Shown: positions 49,925 through 64,000, counted from the first letter of the stretch. The stretch is DNA of 64,000 bases from Pristiophorus japonicus (GCF_044704955.1 NC_091985.1:147622001-147686000); one strand, 5' to 3'. Program-made: numbers and translations. Notes: generated by a model from the letters alone, not told the origin.

Positions 49925-52900
49925 TCCTCTGAATATTACTATGGTCAATCCTTCGAATATTACTAAAGTCAATCCTCTGAATATTACTATGGTCAATCCT
50001 CTGAATATAACTATAGTCAATCCTCTGAATATTACTATAATCAATCTTCTGAATATTACATTAGTCAATTATCTGAATATTACTATAGTGAATCCTATGA
50101 ATATTATTAAAGTCAATCCTCTGATTATTACTATAGTCAATCCTCTGCATATTACTATAGTCAATGATCTGAATATTACTGGAATCAATCCTCTGAATAA
50201 TGCTATAGTTAATCCTTTGAATATTACTATGGTCAATCCTCTGAATATTACTAAAGTCAAACCACTGAATATTACTTTCATGAATTACTTGAATATTACT
50301 ATAATCAATCCTCACAATATCACCAAATTCAATCCTCTGAATATTACTACAATCAATCCTCTGAATATTGCCAAATTCAATCCTCTGCATATTACTATAA
50401 TCAATCCTCTGAATATTATTGAAGTCAATCCTCTGAATATTACTACAGTCAATCGGATGAATATTACGATAGTCAATGATGTGAATATTACAATAGTCAA
50501 TCCTCTGAATATTACTATAATCAATCCTCTAAATATTACTAAAGTGAATCCTCTGAATACTACTACAGTCAATTATCCAAATATTACTACAGTCAATTAT
50601 CCGAATATTACTATTTTCATTCTTGTGACTATTACTATCATCAATTCTCTGATTATTATTACGGTCAATACTCTGAATATTAATAAAATCAATCCTCTGA
50701 ATATTACAATAGTTAATCCTCTGAATATTATTATCATTTACCTGAATATTACTATAATCAATCGTCTAAATACGACATAGTCAATGATCTGAATATTACT
50801 GCAGAAAATCCTCTGAATATACCAAAATCAATCCTCTGATATTGCTAACGTAAATCCACTGAATATTATTATGATCAATCCTCTGAATATTACTATTATC
50901 AATGCTCTGAATAATACTATAATCAATCCTCTGAATATTACTATATTCAATGCTCTGAATATTACAATATATAATACTCTGAATATTACTATAATCAATG
51001 CTCTGATTAACACTCCAATCAATCCTCTGAATATTACTATAATCAATACTCTGAATATTACTATAGTGAAATCGTCTGAATATTACTATGATCCATTACC
51101 TGAATAATACTACAATAAATCCTCTGAATATTACTATAATCCATGATCTGAATATTACTATAGTCAATCCTCTGAATATTATTATAGTCAATGAATATTA
51201 TTTTAGTAATTTATCTCAATATAACTGTAATAAACAATCTGAATATTACTATAGCCAATCCTCTGAATACTACTCTAGACAATCCACAGAATCTTACTAT
51301 AGTCAATCCTCTGAATATTACTATGGTCAATCCTCCGAATATTAAAATAATCAATTATCTGTATATTACTATAATCAATCCTCTGAATATTACTGTAATC
51401 AATCCTCTGAATATTACTATATTCAATTCTCTGCTTATTACTATTGTCAATCCTCTGAATAGTACTATAAGCGATCCTTTGACTATTACTGTAAAGAATT
51501 ATCTGAATATTACTATAATCAATCCTCTGAATATTACTATAATCAATGCTCTGGATAATACTATAATCAATCCTCTGAATATTACTATATTCAATTCTCT
51601 GCCTGTTAATATAGTCAATCCTCTGAATATTAATAAAGGCAATCCTCTGAATATTACTATAGTCAATGATCTGAATATCACTATAATCATTCCTCTGAAT
51701 ATGACTGTTGTCAATCCTCTGAATATTACTGTAATCAATGCACTGAATATTACTATAATCAATTATCTGGATAGCCAATCCTCTGAATAGTACTATAAGC
51801 GATCCATTGAATATTGCTATAAAGAATTATCTGAATATTACTATAATCAATCCTCTGAATATTACTATAATCAATGCTCTGAATATTACTATAGTGAATC
51901 CTCTGAATATTACTATGATCCATTACCTGAATAATACTATACAAAATCCTCTGAATATTACTATAATCAATGATCTGAATATTACTATAGACAATCCTCT
52001 GAATGTTTCTAAAGTCAATCCACTGAATATTATTATGGTCAATCGTCTGAATATTACGATAATCAATACTCTGAGTATTACTGTAGTCAATCCTCTGAAT
52101 ATTACCAAATTCAATCCCCAGAATATTATTATAATCAATGCTCTGAATATTGCCAAATTGAATTCTCTGAATATTACTGTAATCAATCCTCAGTATATTA
52201 CTATAGCCAATGAAAATTACTTTCGTCAATTGTCTCAATATTTCTGTAACAAGTGATCTGAATATTACTATAGCCAATCCTCTGAATATTATTAAAGACA
52301 ATCAACTGAATATTACTATAATCAATCCTCTAGATATTACTATAATCAATCCTGTGAATATTACTAGAAGCAATCCACTGAAAATTACTATAGTCAATCC
52401 TCTGAATATTACTATAATCAATGCTCTGAATAATACTATAATCAATCCTCTGAATATTACTATAATCAATGCTCTGAATAATACTATAATCAATCCGCTG
52501 AATATTACTATAATCAATGCTCTGAATATTATAATAGTGTATCCTCTGAATATAACTATGACCCATTACCAGAATGATACTACAATAAATCCTCTGAATA
52601 TTGCTATAATCAATGATCTGAATATTACTATAGACAATCCTCTGAATATTTCTAAAATCAATCCTCAAAAAATTATTAAAGTCAATCCACTGCAGATTAT
52701 TATGGTCAATCGTCTGATTATTACCATAATCAATCGTTTGAATATTACTATAGTCAATGAATATTACTTTAGTCAATTGTCTCAATATTTCTGTAACAAA
52801 TGATCTGAATATTACTATAGCCAATCCTCTCAATATTACTAAAGACAATCCTCTGAATATCACTATGAACAATCCTCTGAATATTACCATTATCAATGAT

Positions 52901-53757
52901 CTGAATATTGCGATAATCAATCCTCTGTATATTACTATAATCAATCCTATGAAAATTGCTAAAATCAATCCACTGAACATTACTATAATCAATCCTCTGA
53001 ATATTACTGTAGTCAATCCTCTGAATATTATCAAGTTCAATCCTCTGAATATTACCATTATCAATTATCTGAATATTGCGATAATCAATCCTCTGAATAT
53101 TACTATAATCAATCCTCTGAATATTACTATAGTCAATGAATATTACTTTAGTCAATTGTCTCAATATTACTGTAATAAATGATCTGAATATTACTATAGC
53201 CAATCCTCTGAATGTTACTTTAATCAATCCTCTGAATATTACTATAAGCAATCCACTGAATATTACTATAGTCAATGAATATTACTTTAGTCAATTGTCT
53301 CAATATTACTGTAATAAATGATCTGAATATTACTATAGCCAATCCTCTGAATGTTACTTTAATCAATCCTCTGAATATTACTATAAGCAATCCACTGAAT
53401 ATTCCAAAAGTCAATCCTCTGCCTATTACTATAATCAATCCTCTGAATATTAATTTAATCAATCCACTGAATATTACTATAGTCAATCATCTGAATATTA
53501 TTATAGTGAATCCTCTGAATATTAAAATAATCAATTATCTGGATATTACTATAATCAATCCTCTGAATATTATTATAATTAATCCTCTGAATGTTACTGT
53601 AGCCAATCCTCTGAATATTACGATAGATAATCCTCTGAATATTACTATTATCAATCCTCTGAATATTACTATAAGCAATCCACTGATTATTACCATAATA
53701 AATCCTCTGAATATTCCTATATTCAATCTACTGAATATTATGTTGTGAATCCTCTGA

Positions 53758-54152
53758 ATCATCATCATCATTATCATACGCAGTCCGTTGGAATCCTGAA
53801 GTGAGTTCTGTGGTGGTGGTCCAATACGAGAGCCACAAACTCTCGGATGCACTTCCTCCACTTAGGATGGTCTTGGGCCAGGAACTCCCAGCTGTCAGTG
53901 GGATGTAGCACTTTATCAGGGAGGCTTTGAAGTTGTCCTTGTAGCATTTCTGCTACCTTTCCGTGAATGAGTTCCGAGTAGAGCACTTGCTTTGGGAGTA
54001 TCGTATCTGACATGCGGACAATGTGGCCTGCCCAGCGGAGCTGATCGAGTGTGATCAGTGCTTCAGTGCTGGGGATGTTAGCCTGAATGAGGATGCTGAT
54101 GTTGGTGCACCTGTCCTCCCAGGGGATTTGAAAGATTTTGCGGAGATATTCT
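53758..54152 (-). mobile_element. RTE 3' fragment in the satellite (internally deleted copy)
   Basis: (cat)n tail; LRWAGHIVRMSDTILPKQVLYSEL. Confidence 0.9.
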
Positions 54153-55542
54153 TTTACTATAATCAATCCACTGAATAATACTATAAACAATCCTCTGAAT
54201 ATTACTATAAACAATCCTCTGAATATTAGAATAGTTAATCCTCTCAATATTACTATAATTAAGTCTCTGAATAATGCTATAATCAATCCTTGAATATTAC
54301 TATAATCAATCCTCTCAATATTACTATAAACAATCCTCTGAATATTAGAATAGTTAATCCTCTGAATATTACTATAATCAAGCCTCTGAATAATACTATA
54401 ATCAATTATCTGAATATTACGAGAGTCAATTATCTAAATATTACTATAATCAATCCTCTGAATATTACTACAGTCAATTCTGTGAATATTAGTATAGTCA
54501 ATCCTCTGAATAGTACCATAATCTTCTGAATATTACTATAATCAATCCACTGAATATTACTATAGTCAATCCTTTGAATAATGCTATAGATAATCCTCTG
54601 AATATTAAAAAAATCAATTCTCTGAATATTACTCTGGTCAAGCCTCTGAATATTACTATAATCAATCCTCTGAATATTACTTTAATCACTCCTCTGAATA
54701 TTACTGTAATCAATTCTCTGAATATTACTATAGTCAATAAATATTACTTTAGTCAATTGTCTCAATATTACTGTAATAAATGATCAGAATATTACTATAG
54801 CCAATCCTCTGGATATTACTAAAGAATTTCCTCTGAATATTACTATAATCAATCCTGTGAATATTACTTAAGCAATCCATTGAATATTCCAAAATTTAAT
54901 CCTCTGATTATTAGTATAATGAATCCTCTGAATATTACTATAATCAATCCTCTCAATATTACTATAGTCAATCCTCTGAATATTACTATGATCAGTTACC
55001 AGAATGATACTATAATAAATCCTCTGAATGTTACTATAGTCAATGATCTGAATATTACTATAGGCAATCCTCTGAATATTTCTAAAGTCAATCCTCTGAA
55101 TATTGCTAAAGTCAATCCACTGAATATTATGATGGACAATTGTCTGAATATTATTATAATCATTCCTCTGAATATTACTGTAATCAATCGTCTGCATATT
55201 ACCAAGTTCAATTCTCTGAATATTACTATAATCAATCCTCTGAATATTACTATAGTCAATGAATATTACTTTAGTCAATTATCTCAATATTACTGTAATA
55301 AATGATGTGAATATTACTATAGCCAATCCTTTGAATATTCCTATAACTGAATATTACTAAAGACATTCCTCTGAATATTACTATAATCAATCCTCTGAAT
55401 ATTACTATAAGCAATCCACTGAATATTATTATAAGCAATCCATTGAATATTACCATAATCAATCCTCTGAATATTCCTCTATTCAATTCATTGAATATTT
55501 GTAAAATCAATCCACTGAATATTACTATATTGAATCCTCTGA

Positions 55543-56101
55543 ATCATCATCATCATCATAGGCAGTCCTCGGAATCGAGTAAGACATGCTTCCACTCCTG
55601 AAGTGAGTTCTTTGGTGGTTGAACAGTCCAATACGAGAGCCACAGACTCTGTCACAGGTGGGACAGATAGGCGTTGAGGGAAGGGGTGAGTGGCACTGGT
55701 TTGCCGCACGCCCTATCCGTTGTCTGCGCTTGATTTCTTCAACTCTCAGCATTGAGACTCGAGGTGCTCAGCGCCCTCTCGGATGCACTTCCTCCACTTA
55801 GGGCGGTCTTGGGCCAGGGGCTCCCATTTGTCACTGGGGATGTTGCACTTTATCAGGGATGCTTTGAAGGTGTCCTTGTAGCATTTCCACTGCCCACCTT
55901 TGGCTTGCTTGCCGTGAATGAGCTCTGAGTAGAGCACTTGCTTTGGGAGTCTTGTGTCTGGCATGCGGACAATGTGGCCTGCCCAGTGGAGCTGATCGCG
56001 TGTGGTCAGTGCTTCAATGCTGGGGATGTTAGCCTGAATGAGGACGCTGATGTTGGTGCGCCTGTCCTCCCAGGGGATTTGAAGGATCTTGTGGAGATAT
56101 T
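55543..56101 (-). mobile_element. RTE 3' fragment in the satellite
   Basis: (cat)n tail; MPDTRLPKQVLYSELIHGK; same 5' truncation point as 53758-54152. Confidence 0.9.
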
Positions 56102-57779
56102 ATATTACTATAATCAATCCACTGAATAATACTATAAACAATCCTCTGAATATTACTGTAAACAATCCTCTGAATATTACAATAGTTAATCCTCTGAATA
56201 TTACTACAGTCAATCCTCTGAATATTACTATAGTCAATTATCCAAATATTACTATAGCCAATCCACTGAATATTACTGCAATCAACCCTCTGAATATTAC
56301 AATATTCATTTCTCTGAATATTACTATAATCAATCCATTGAATATTACTATAGTGAATCGTTTGAAAAATACTATAATCAATCCACTGAATATTACTATA
56401 ATCAATCTGAATATTACAACAGTTAATCCTCTGAATATTACTATAATCAATCCACTAAATAATACTATATTCAATCCTCTGAATATTATTATAACCTATC
56501 CTCTGAATCTTACGATAGTTAATCCTCTGAATATTAATAATAATCAATTATCTGAATATTACTATAATCAATTCTCTGAATATAACTATAATCAATCCTC
56601 TAAATAATACTATAACCAATCCTCTGACTAATATAATCAATCCTCTGAATATTACTATAAACAATCCTCTGAATATTAATATAAATTATCTGAATATCAC
56701 TATAATCAATCCTCTGAATATTACTATAATCAATCCTCTGAATGATATTATAATTAATCCTCTGAATATTACTATAGTCAATGATCTGAATATTACTATA
56801 GACAATCCTCTGAATATTTCTAAAGTCAATTATCTGAAAATTGCTAAAATCAATCCACTGAATATTATTATGGTTAATCGTCTGAATATTACTATAATCG
56901 ATCCTCTGAATATTACTATAATCAATCTCCTAAATAATATTAGAATCAATCCTCTGAATATTATTATAATAAATATTCTGAATATTGCTATAATCAATTA
57001 CCTGAATAATATTACAATCAATCCTGTAAATAATATTATAATCAATCCTCTGAATGTTACGATAAATATTCCTCTGAATATTACTATATTCAATCCTCTG
57101 AATATTACTATAGTCAATCCTCTGAATATTACTATATTCATTCCTCTGAATATTACGATATTCAATCCTCTGAATATTACTATAGTCAATCCTCTGAATA
57201 TTATTATAATCAATTTTCTGAATATTACTTCAATCAAACTTCTGAATATTACTATAATCAATCCTCTGAATATTACAATAGTCAATGATCTGAATATTAG
57301 AAAAGTCAATCCACTGAATATTATGGTGCTCACTCCTCTATATTATTATGGTCAATTCTCAGAATATTACTATGGCCAATCCTCTGAATATTACTATAAT
57401 CAATCTTCTGAATATTACTTTAGTCAATTATTTGAATATTACTATAGTGAATCCAATGAATATTACTAAAGTCAATCCTCTGAATATTACTATAGTCAAT
57501 CCTCTGCATACTACTATAATCAATGATCTGAATATTACTATAGTTAATCCTCTGAATATTACTATAATCAATCCTCTGAATATTGCTATAGTCAATTCTT
57601 TGAATATTGCTCAAGTAAATCCTCTGAATATTGCTAAAGACAATCCTCTGGATATTACTATAATCAATCCTCTGAATATTACTGTATTCAATCCTCTGAA
57701 TATTACCAAATTCAATCCTCAGAATATTACTGTAATCAATCCTATGAATATTGCCAAATTCAATCCTCTGAATATTACT

Positions 57780-59995
57780 AAACATAGAAACATAGAAAAT
57801 AGGTGCAGGATTAGGCCATTCAGCCCTTCGAGCGTGCACCACCATTCAATATGATCATGGCTGATCATTCACCTCAGTACTGCTTTCTTTCCATACCCCT
57901 TGGTCCCTTAAGCCATAAGGGCCATTTCTAACTCCCTCTTGAATATATCTAATGAACTGGCCTCAACAACTTTCTGCGGTAGAGAATTCCACAGGTTAAC
58001 AACTCTCTGAGTGAAGAAGTTTCTCCTTACCTCGGTCCTAAATGGCTTACCCCTTATCCTTAGACAGTGACCCCTGGTTCTGGACTTCCCCAGTATCTGG
58101 AACACTCTTCCTGCCTCTAACCTGTACACTCCCGTCAGAATTTTATATGTTTCTATGAGATCCCCTCTCACTCTTCTAAACTCCAGAGAATACAGGCCCA
58201 ATTGATCCAGTCTCTCCTCGTATGTCAGTCCTGCCATCCCGGGAATCAGTCTGATGAACCTTCGCTGCACTCCCTCAATGGCAAGAACGTCCTTCTTCAG
58301 ATTAAGAGAACAAAACTGAACACAATATTCCAGGTGAGGCCTCACCAAGGCCCTATACAACTGCAATAAGACCTCCCTACTCCTATACTCAAATCCCCTA
58401 GCTATGAAGGCCAACATACCATTTGCCTTCTTCACTGCCTGCTGTACCTGCATGCCAACTTTCAATGACTGATGTACCATGACAGCCAGGTCTCATTACA
58501 CCTCCCCTTTTCCTAATCTGCCGCCATTCAGATAATATTCTGCCTTCGTGTTTTTGCCACCAAAGTGGATAACCTCACATTTATCCACGTTATACTGCAT
58601 CTGCCATGCATTTGCCCACTCACCTAACCTGTCCAAGTCACCCTGCAGCCTCTTAGCGTCCTCCTCACAGCTCATACCGCCACCCAGCTTAGTGTCATCT
58701 GCAGACTTGCAGATATTACACTCAATTCCTTCATCTAAATCATTAATGTACAGTCTAAATAGCTGGGGTCCCAGCACTGAGCCCTGCGGCATCCCACTAG
58801 TCACTGCCTGCCATTCTGAAAAGGACCCGTTTATCCCAACTCTCTGCTTCCTGTCTGCCAAACAGTTCTCTATCCATGTCAGTACATTATCCCCAATACC
58901 GTGTGCTTTAATTTTGCACACCAATCTCTTGTGTGGGACCTTGTCAAAGCCTTTTGGAAGTCCAAATACACCACATCCACTGGTTCTCCCTTGTTTTCTC
59001 TACTAGTTACATCCTCTGAAAATTCCAGAAGATTTGTCAAGCACCTTTCATAAATCCATGCTAATTTGGACCGATCCTGTCACTGCTTTCCAAATGCGCT
59101 GCTATTTCAACGTTAATAATTGATTCCAACATTTTCCCCACTGCTGATGTCAGGCTAACCGGTGTATAATTACTCGTTTTCTCTCTCCCTCTTTTAAAAA
59201 GTGGTGTTACATTAGCTACCCTCCAGTCCATAGGAACTGATCCAGAGTCGATAGACTGTTGGAATATGATCACCAATGCATCCACTATTTCTAGGTCCAC
59301 TTCCTTAAGTACTCTGGGATACAGACTATCAGACCCCGGGGATTTATCGGCCTTCAATCCCATCAATTTCCCTAACACAATTTCCCACCTAATAAGGATT
59401 TCCTTCAGTTCCTCCTTCTCACTAGACCCTCGGTCCCCTAGTATTTCCGGAAGGTTATTTGTGTCTTACTTTGTGAAGACAGAACCAAAGTATTTGTTCA
59501 ATTGGTCTGCCATTTCTTTGTTCCCCATTATAAATTCACCTGAATCTGACTGCAAGTGACCTACATTTCTCTTCACATATCGATACAAGCTTTTTCAGTC
59601 AGTTTTTATGTTCCCGGCAAGCTTCCTCTCGTACTCTAGTTTCCGCCTCCTAATTAAACCCTTTGTCTTCCTCTGCTAAATTCTAAATTTCTCCCAGTTC
59701 TCACGTTTGCTGCTTTTTCTGGCCAATTTATATGCCTTTTCCTTGGATTTAACACTGACTTTAATTTCCCTTGTTAGCCACGGTTGAGCCACCTTCCCCG
59801 TTTTATTTTTACTCCAGACAGGGATGTACTATTGTTGAAGTTCATCCATGTGATCTTTAAATGTTTCCCATTGCCTATCCACTGCCAACCGTTTAATTAT
59901 CATTTGCCAGTCTATTCTAGCCAATTCACGTCTCATACCATCGAAGTTACCTTTCCTTATGTTCAGAACCCTAGTTTCTGAATTAACTTGTCACT
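57780..59995 (-). mobile_element. CR1 LINE (~2.2 kb) inserted in the satellite
   Basis: KSPGSDSLYPRVLKE, WRVANVTPLFK, PQGSVLGP, LVRPHLEYCVQF; aacatagaaacatagaaa tail. Confidence 0.95.
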
Positions 59996-62609
59996 ATAAC
60001 CAATATTACTATATTCAATTCACTGAATATTACTATAATCAATCCACTGAATACTACTATAATCAATCCTCTGAATAGTACAATAATCAATCCTCTGTAT
60101 AATACTATAATCAATCCTCTGAATATTACTATAATCAATCCTCTGAACATTTCGATAATCAAACTTCTAAATATTACTATAGTCAATCCTTTAAATATTT
60201 CTACAATCAATTACGTGAATATTACTATAATCAATCCTCTGAATATTACTATAGTCAATGATCTGAATATTACTGTAGAAAATCCTCTGAATATTACGAA
60301 AGTCAATCCTCTGAATATTGCTAAAGTCAATCCTCTGACTATTACTATAGTCAATCCTCTGAATATTGCTATAGTCAACCCTCTGAATATTGCTATAAAC
60401 AATCCTCTGAATATTACTATGGTGAATCCACTGAATATTACTCTGGTCAATCCACTGAATATTAGCATTGTCAATCCTCTGAATATTACTATAATCAATC
60501 CTCTGAATAATACTATATCGAGCCTCTGAATATTACTATAATCAATCCTATGAACATTACGATAATCAAACTTTTGAATATTACCATAGTCAATGCTCTG
60601 AATATTTCGATAATCAATTACCTGAATATTACTATAATCAATCCTCTGAATGTTACTATAGTCAATAATCTGAATATTATTGTAGACATTCCTCTGAATA
60701 TTACTAAAGTCAATCATCTGAATATTGCTCAAGTCAATCCTCTGAATATTACTATAATCAATTATCTTAATGTTACTATAGGCATTCCTCTGAATATTAC
60801 TATCATCAATGCTCTGAATATTACTATAATCAATCCTCTGAATATTACTATAGTCAAACCTCTGACTATTACTATAGTCAACCCTCTGAATATTGCTATA
60901 GACAACCCTCAGAATATTACTATAACCAATCCTCTGACTATTGCTAAATTGAATCCTCTGAATTTTACTATAGTCAATCATTTGAATATTACTATGGTCA
61001 ATTCACAGAATATTGCTGTGGTCAATCCACCGAATATTTGCTTTGTCAATCCTCTGAATATTACTATAACCAATCCTCTGAATATTACTATAGTCAATCC
61101 TCTGAACATTACTATAATCAATCCACTGAATATTACTATAGTCAATCCTCTGAACATTACTATAATCAATCCACTGAATATTACTATAGTCAATCATCTG
61201 AATATTACTATAGTCAATCCATTGAATAATAATATAATCAATCCTAGGAACATTACTATAAACAATCCTCTGAATATTACTATGGTCAATCCTCTGAATA
61301 TCACTATGATCATTCCATTGAATATTACTATAATCAATCCTCTGAATATTACTATAGTCAATCCTCTGGATATTACTATAATCAATCATTGAATATTACT
61401 ATAACCAATCCTCTGAAGATTACTAAATTGAATCCTCTGAATATTACTATCTTCAATACTTTGAATATTATTATGGTCAATCCACTTAATATTACTTTAG
61501 TTAATTATTTGCATATTACTATAGTGAATCCTCTGAATATTACTGGTCAATCCTCTGAATATTACTATAATCAATCCATTTAATATTGCTATAACCAATC
61601 CTCTGAAGATTACTAAATTGAGTCCTCTGAATATTGCTATAGTCAATACTTTGAATATTACTAATGTCAATCCTCTGAATATTACTATAGTCAATCCTCT
61701 GAATATTACTAAAGTCAATGCTTTGAACATTACTATAATCATTCCTCTGAATATTACAGCAGACAAACCATTGAATATTTCTATGATCAATCCTCTGACT
61801 ATTACTATAATCAAGCCTCTGAATATTGTTATAATCAATCCTCTGAATATTACAATAAATTAATCTACTGAATATTACTGTAGTCAATCTTCTGAATATT
61901 ACCATAGGCAATCCTCTGAATACTACTATAGTCAAATCTCAGAATATTACTAAAGTCAATCCTCTGAATATTACTGTAGTCAATCCTCTGAAAATTACTA
62001 TAATGAATCCTTTGAATATTAATAAAGGCAATGCTCTGAATATTATTATAGTCAATGATCTGAATATTAGTATAATCATTGCTCTGAATATTACTGTCAT
62101 CAATCCTCTGAATATTACTATAATCAAGCCTCTGAATATTACTATAGTCAATCCTCTGAATATTACTATAGTCGATACTCTGAATATTACTATAGTCATT
62201 CCTCTGAATATTGCTATAGTCAATACATTGAATATTACTATATTGAATTGTCTGAATATTAATATAGTTAATATAGTCAGTACTCTGGATATTACTATAA
62301 TCAATCCTTTGAATATTACTGTAACCGATCCTCTGAATATTACTAAATTGAATCCTCTGAATATTACTATAGTCAATCCTTTGAATATTACTATGGCAAA
62401 TCCACTGAATATTACTATGGTCAATCCTCTGACTATTACTATAATCATTCCCCTGAATATTACAACAGATAATCTTCTGAATATTACTATAATCAATCCT
62501 TTGAATAATACTATAATCAATACTCTGAATATTAATATGATCAATCTGCTGAATATTACTATAGTCAATCCCCAGAATATTACTGTAATCAATCCACTGA
62601 ATATTACTA

Positions 62610-62936
62610 ATGTTTAGAGTAAGGCCCCTGCTTTCATACACCTCAGTAAATACGCCGACTATGTCCTGAAGTTCAGCCTCTGTGTGTGCACAGACACAGG
62701 CGTCGTCCACGTACTGTAACTCGACGACAGAGGTTGGAGTGTCCTGGAAACGGTGAAGGTTGAACAGCTTCCCACCGGTTCTGTAGTTTAGCTCCACTCC
62801 AGCAGGGAGCTTATCAACTGTGAGTTGCAGCATGGCAGCGAGGAAGGTGGAGAAGAGGGTTGGGGATGACGCAGCCCTGCTTGACCCCGGTCCGGACATG
62901 AATTGGGTCTGTGATGGATCCGTTGGTAAGGATCAT
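62610..62936 (-). mobile_element. Internal RTE RT fragment lacking both ends
   Basis: PTLFSTFLAAML..GVELNYRT..ELQYVDDACVCAH matches the RT at 32329-32994; satellite on both sides. Confidence 0.88.
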
Positions 62937-64000
62937 CGAATATTACTATGGTGAATGATATGAATATTACTATAGTCAATCCTCTGAATGTGACTAAAGT
63001 CAATGCTCTGAATATTACAATAATCAATCACCTGAATATTACTATAATCAATCCAATGAATATTATTATCGTCAATGCTCTGAATATTATTATAGTCAAT
63101 CCTTTGAATATTCCTATAGTCAATCCTCTGAATATTGCTATAGTCAATCCTCTGAATATTACTATAATTAATCTGAATATTACAATAGTTAATCCTCCGA
63201 ATATTAATAATAATAATCAATTATCTGACTGTTGCTATAAGGAATCCTCTGAATATTACTATAATCAATCGTTTGAATATTAATATAATTAATTATCTGA
63301 ATATTACTATAATCAATCCTCTGAATAATACTATAATCAATCCTTTGAATATTACTATAATCAATCCTTTGAATAATACTATAATCAATCCTTTGAATAT
63401 TACTATAATCAATACTCTGAATATTACTATAGTCAACCCTCTGAATAATACTATAATCAATATTCTGAATATTGCTGTAGTCAATCCTCTGAATATTACT
63501 ATAGTTAATCCGCTGCATATTACTAAAGTCAATGATCTGAATATTACTACAGTCAATCCACTGAATATTACTATAGTCAATCCTCTGAATATTACTATAG
63601 TGAATTATCTGAATATTACTACAGTCAATCCTCTGAATATTACCATAGTCAATCCTTTGAATATTATTATGGACAACCCTCTGAATATTATGGTAATCAA
63701 TCACCTGAATATTACTATAATCAATCCTCAGAATATTACCAAATTCAATCAATATAACTACAATCAATCCTCTGAATATTGCCAAATTCATTCCTCTGAA
63801 TATTACTATCGTCAATCCTCTGAATCTTACTATACACAATCCTCTGAATATTACAATAGTTAATCCTCTGAATGTTACAATAATCAATCCTGTGAATAAT
63901 ACTATAAACAGTCCTCTGAATATTACAATAATCAATCCTCTGAATATTACTGTAATCAATCCTCTGAATATTACGACATTCATTTCTCTGAATATTACTA

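Larger units (their letters stand above)
43705..64000. repeat. 24-bp AT-rich satellite array, consensus AATCCTCTGAATATTACTATA(A/G)TC, continuing past the window
   Basis: Hundreds of diverged tandem units; interrupted by six LINE fragments. Confidence 0.98.

Noticed and set aside
43705-64000. Dozens of long ORFs (NPLNITII, IDYSNIQR, GLIIVIFR repeats) as real proteins
   Set aside because: They follow from a 24-bp unit that lacks stops in four frames. Frameshifts are frequent, both strands are open, and there is no gene structure.
43705-64000. CRISPR array
   Set aside because: Head-to-tail monomers with no unique spacers, no cas genes, and a eukaryotic context.

Overview
Repeat-dominated vertebrate DNA, most likely a cartilaginous fish (inferred from the Deu-domain tRNA SINE, CR1, L2, RTE and Tx1 complement). 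The only credible host-gene element is a minus-strand first coding exon at 27192-27320 (MGAGSS... myristoylation motif, AKAP12/gravin-like) in a CpG island. If real, 1-27191 is intron, packed with CR1, L2, RTE and SINE fragments and a solo LTR. To the right lie a GC-rich minisatellite, a full-length decayed RTE LINE with a 10-bp TSD, and a complete decayed Mag-type Gypsy element (267-bp LTRs, ATTAC TSD, tRNA-Ser PBS) whose protease is replaced by a nested Tx1 LINE. From ~35.6 kb to the window end is a 24-bp AT-rich satellite that generates dozens of spurious ORFs and holds six LINE fragments, all on the minus strand. Best candidates for a second look: a non-autonomous bipartite RTE-derived element retaining an H-type pseudoknot plus hairpin from the RTE 5' UTR; a two-template inverted insertion at ~21 kb; the satellite's higher-order structure including a duplicated RTE insertion; and a LINE strand-polarity switch at the CpG island. 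No intact novel protein-coding system is evident. All calls are by eye, with no database search.
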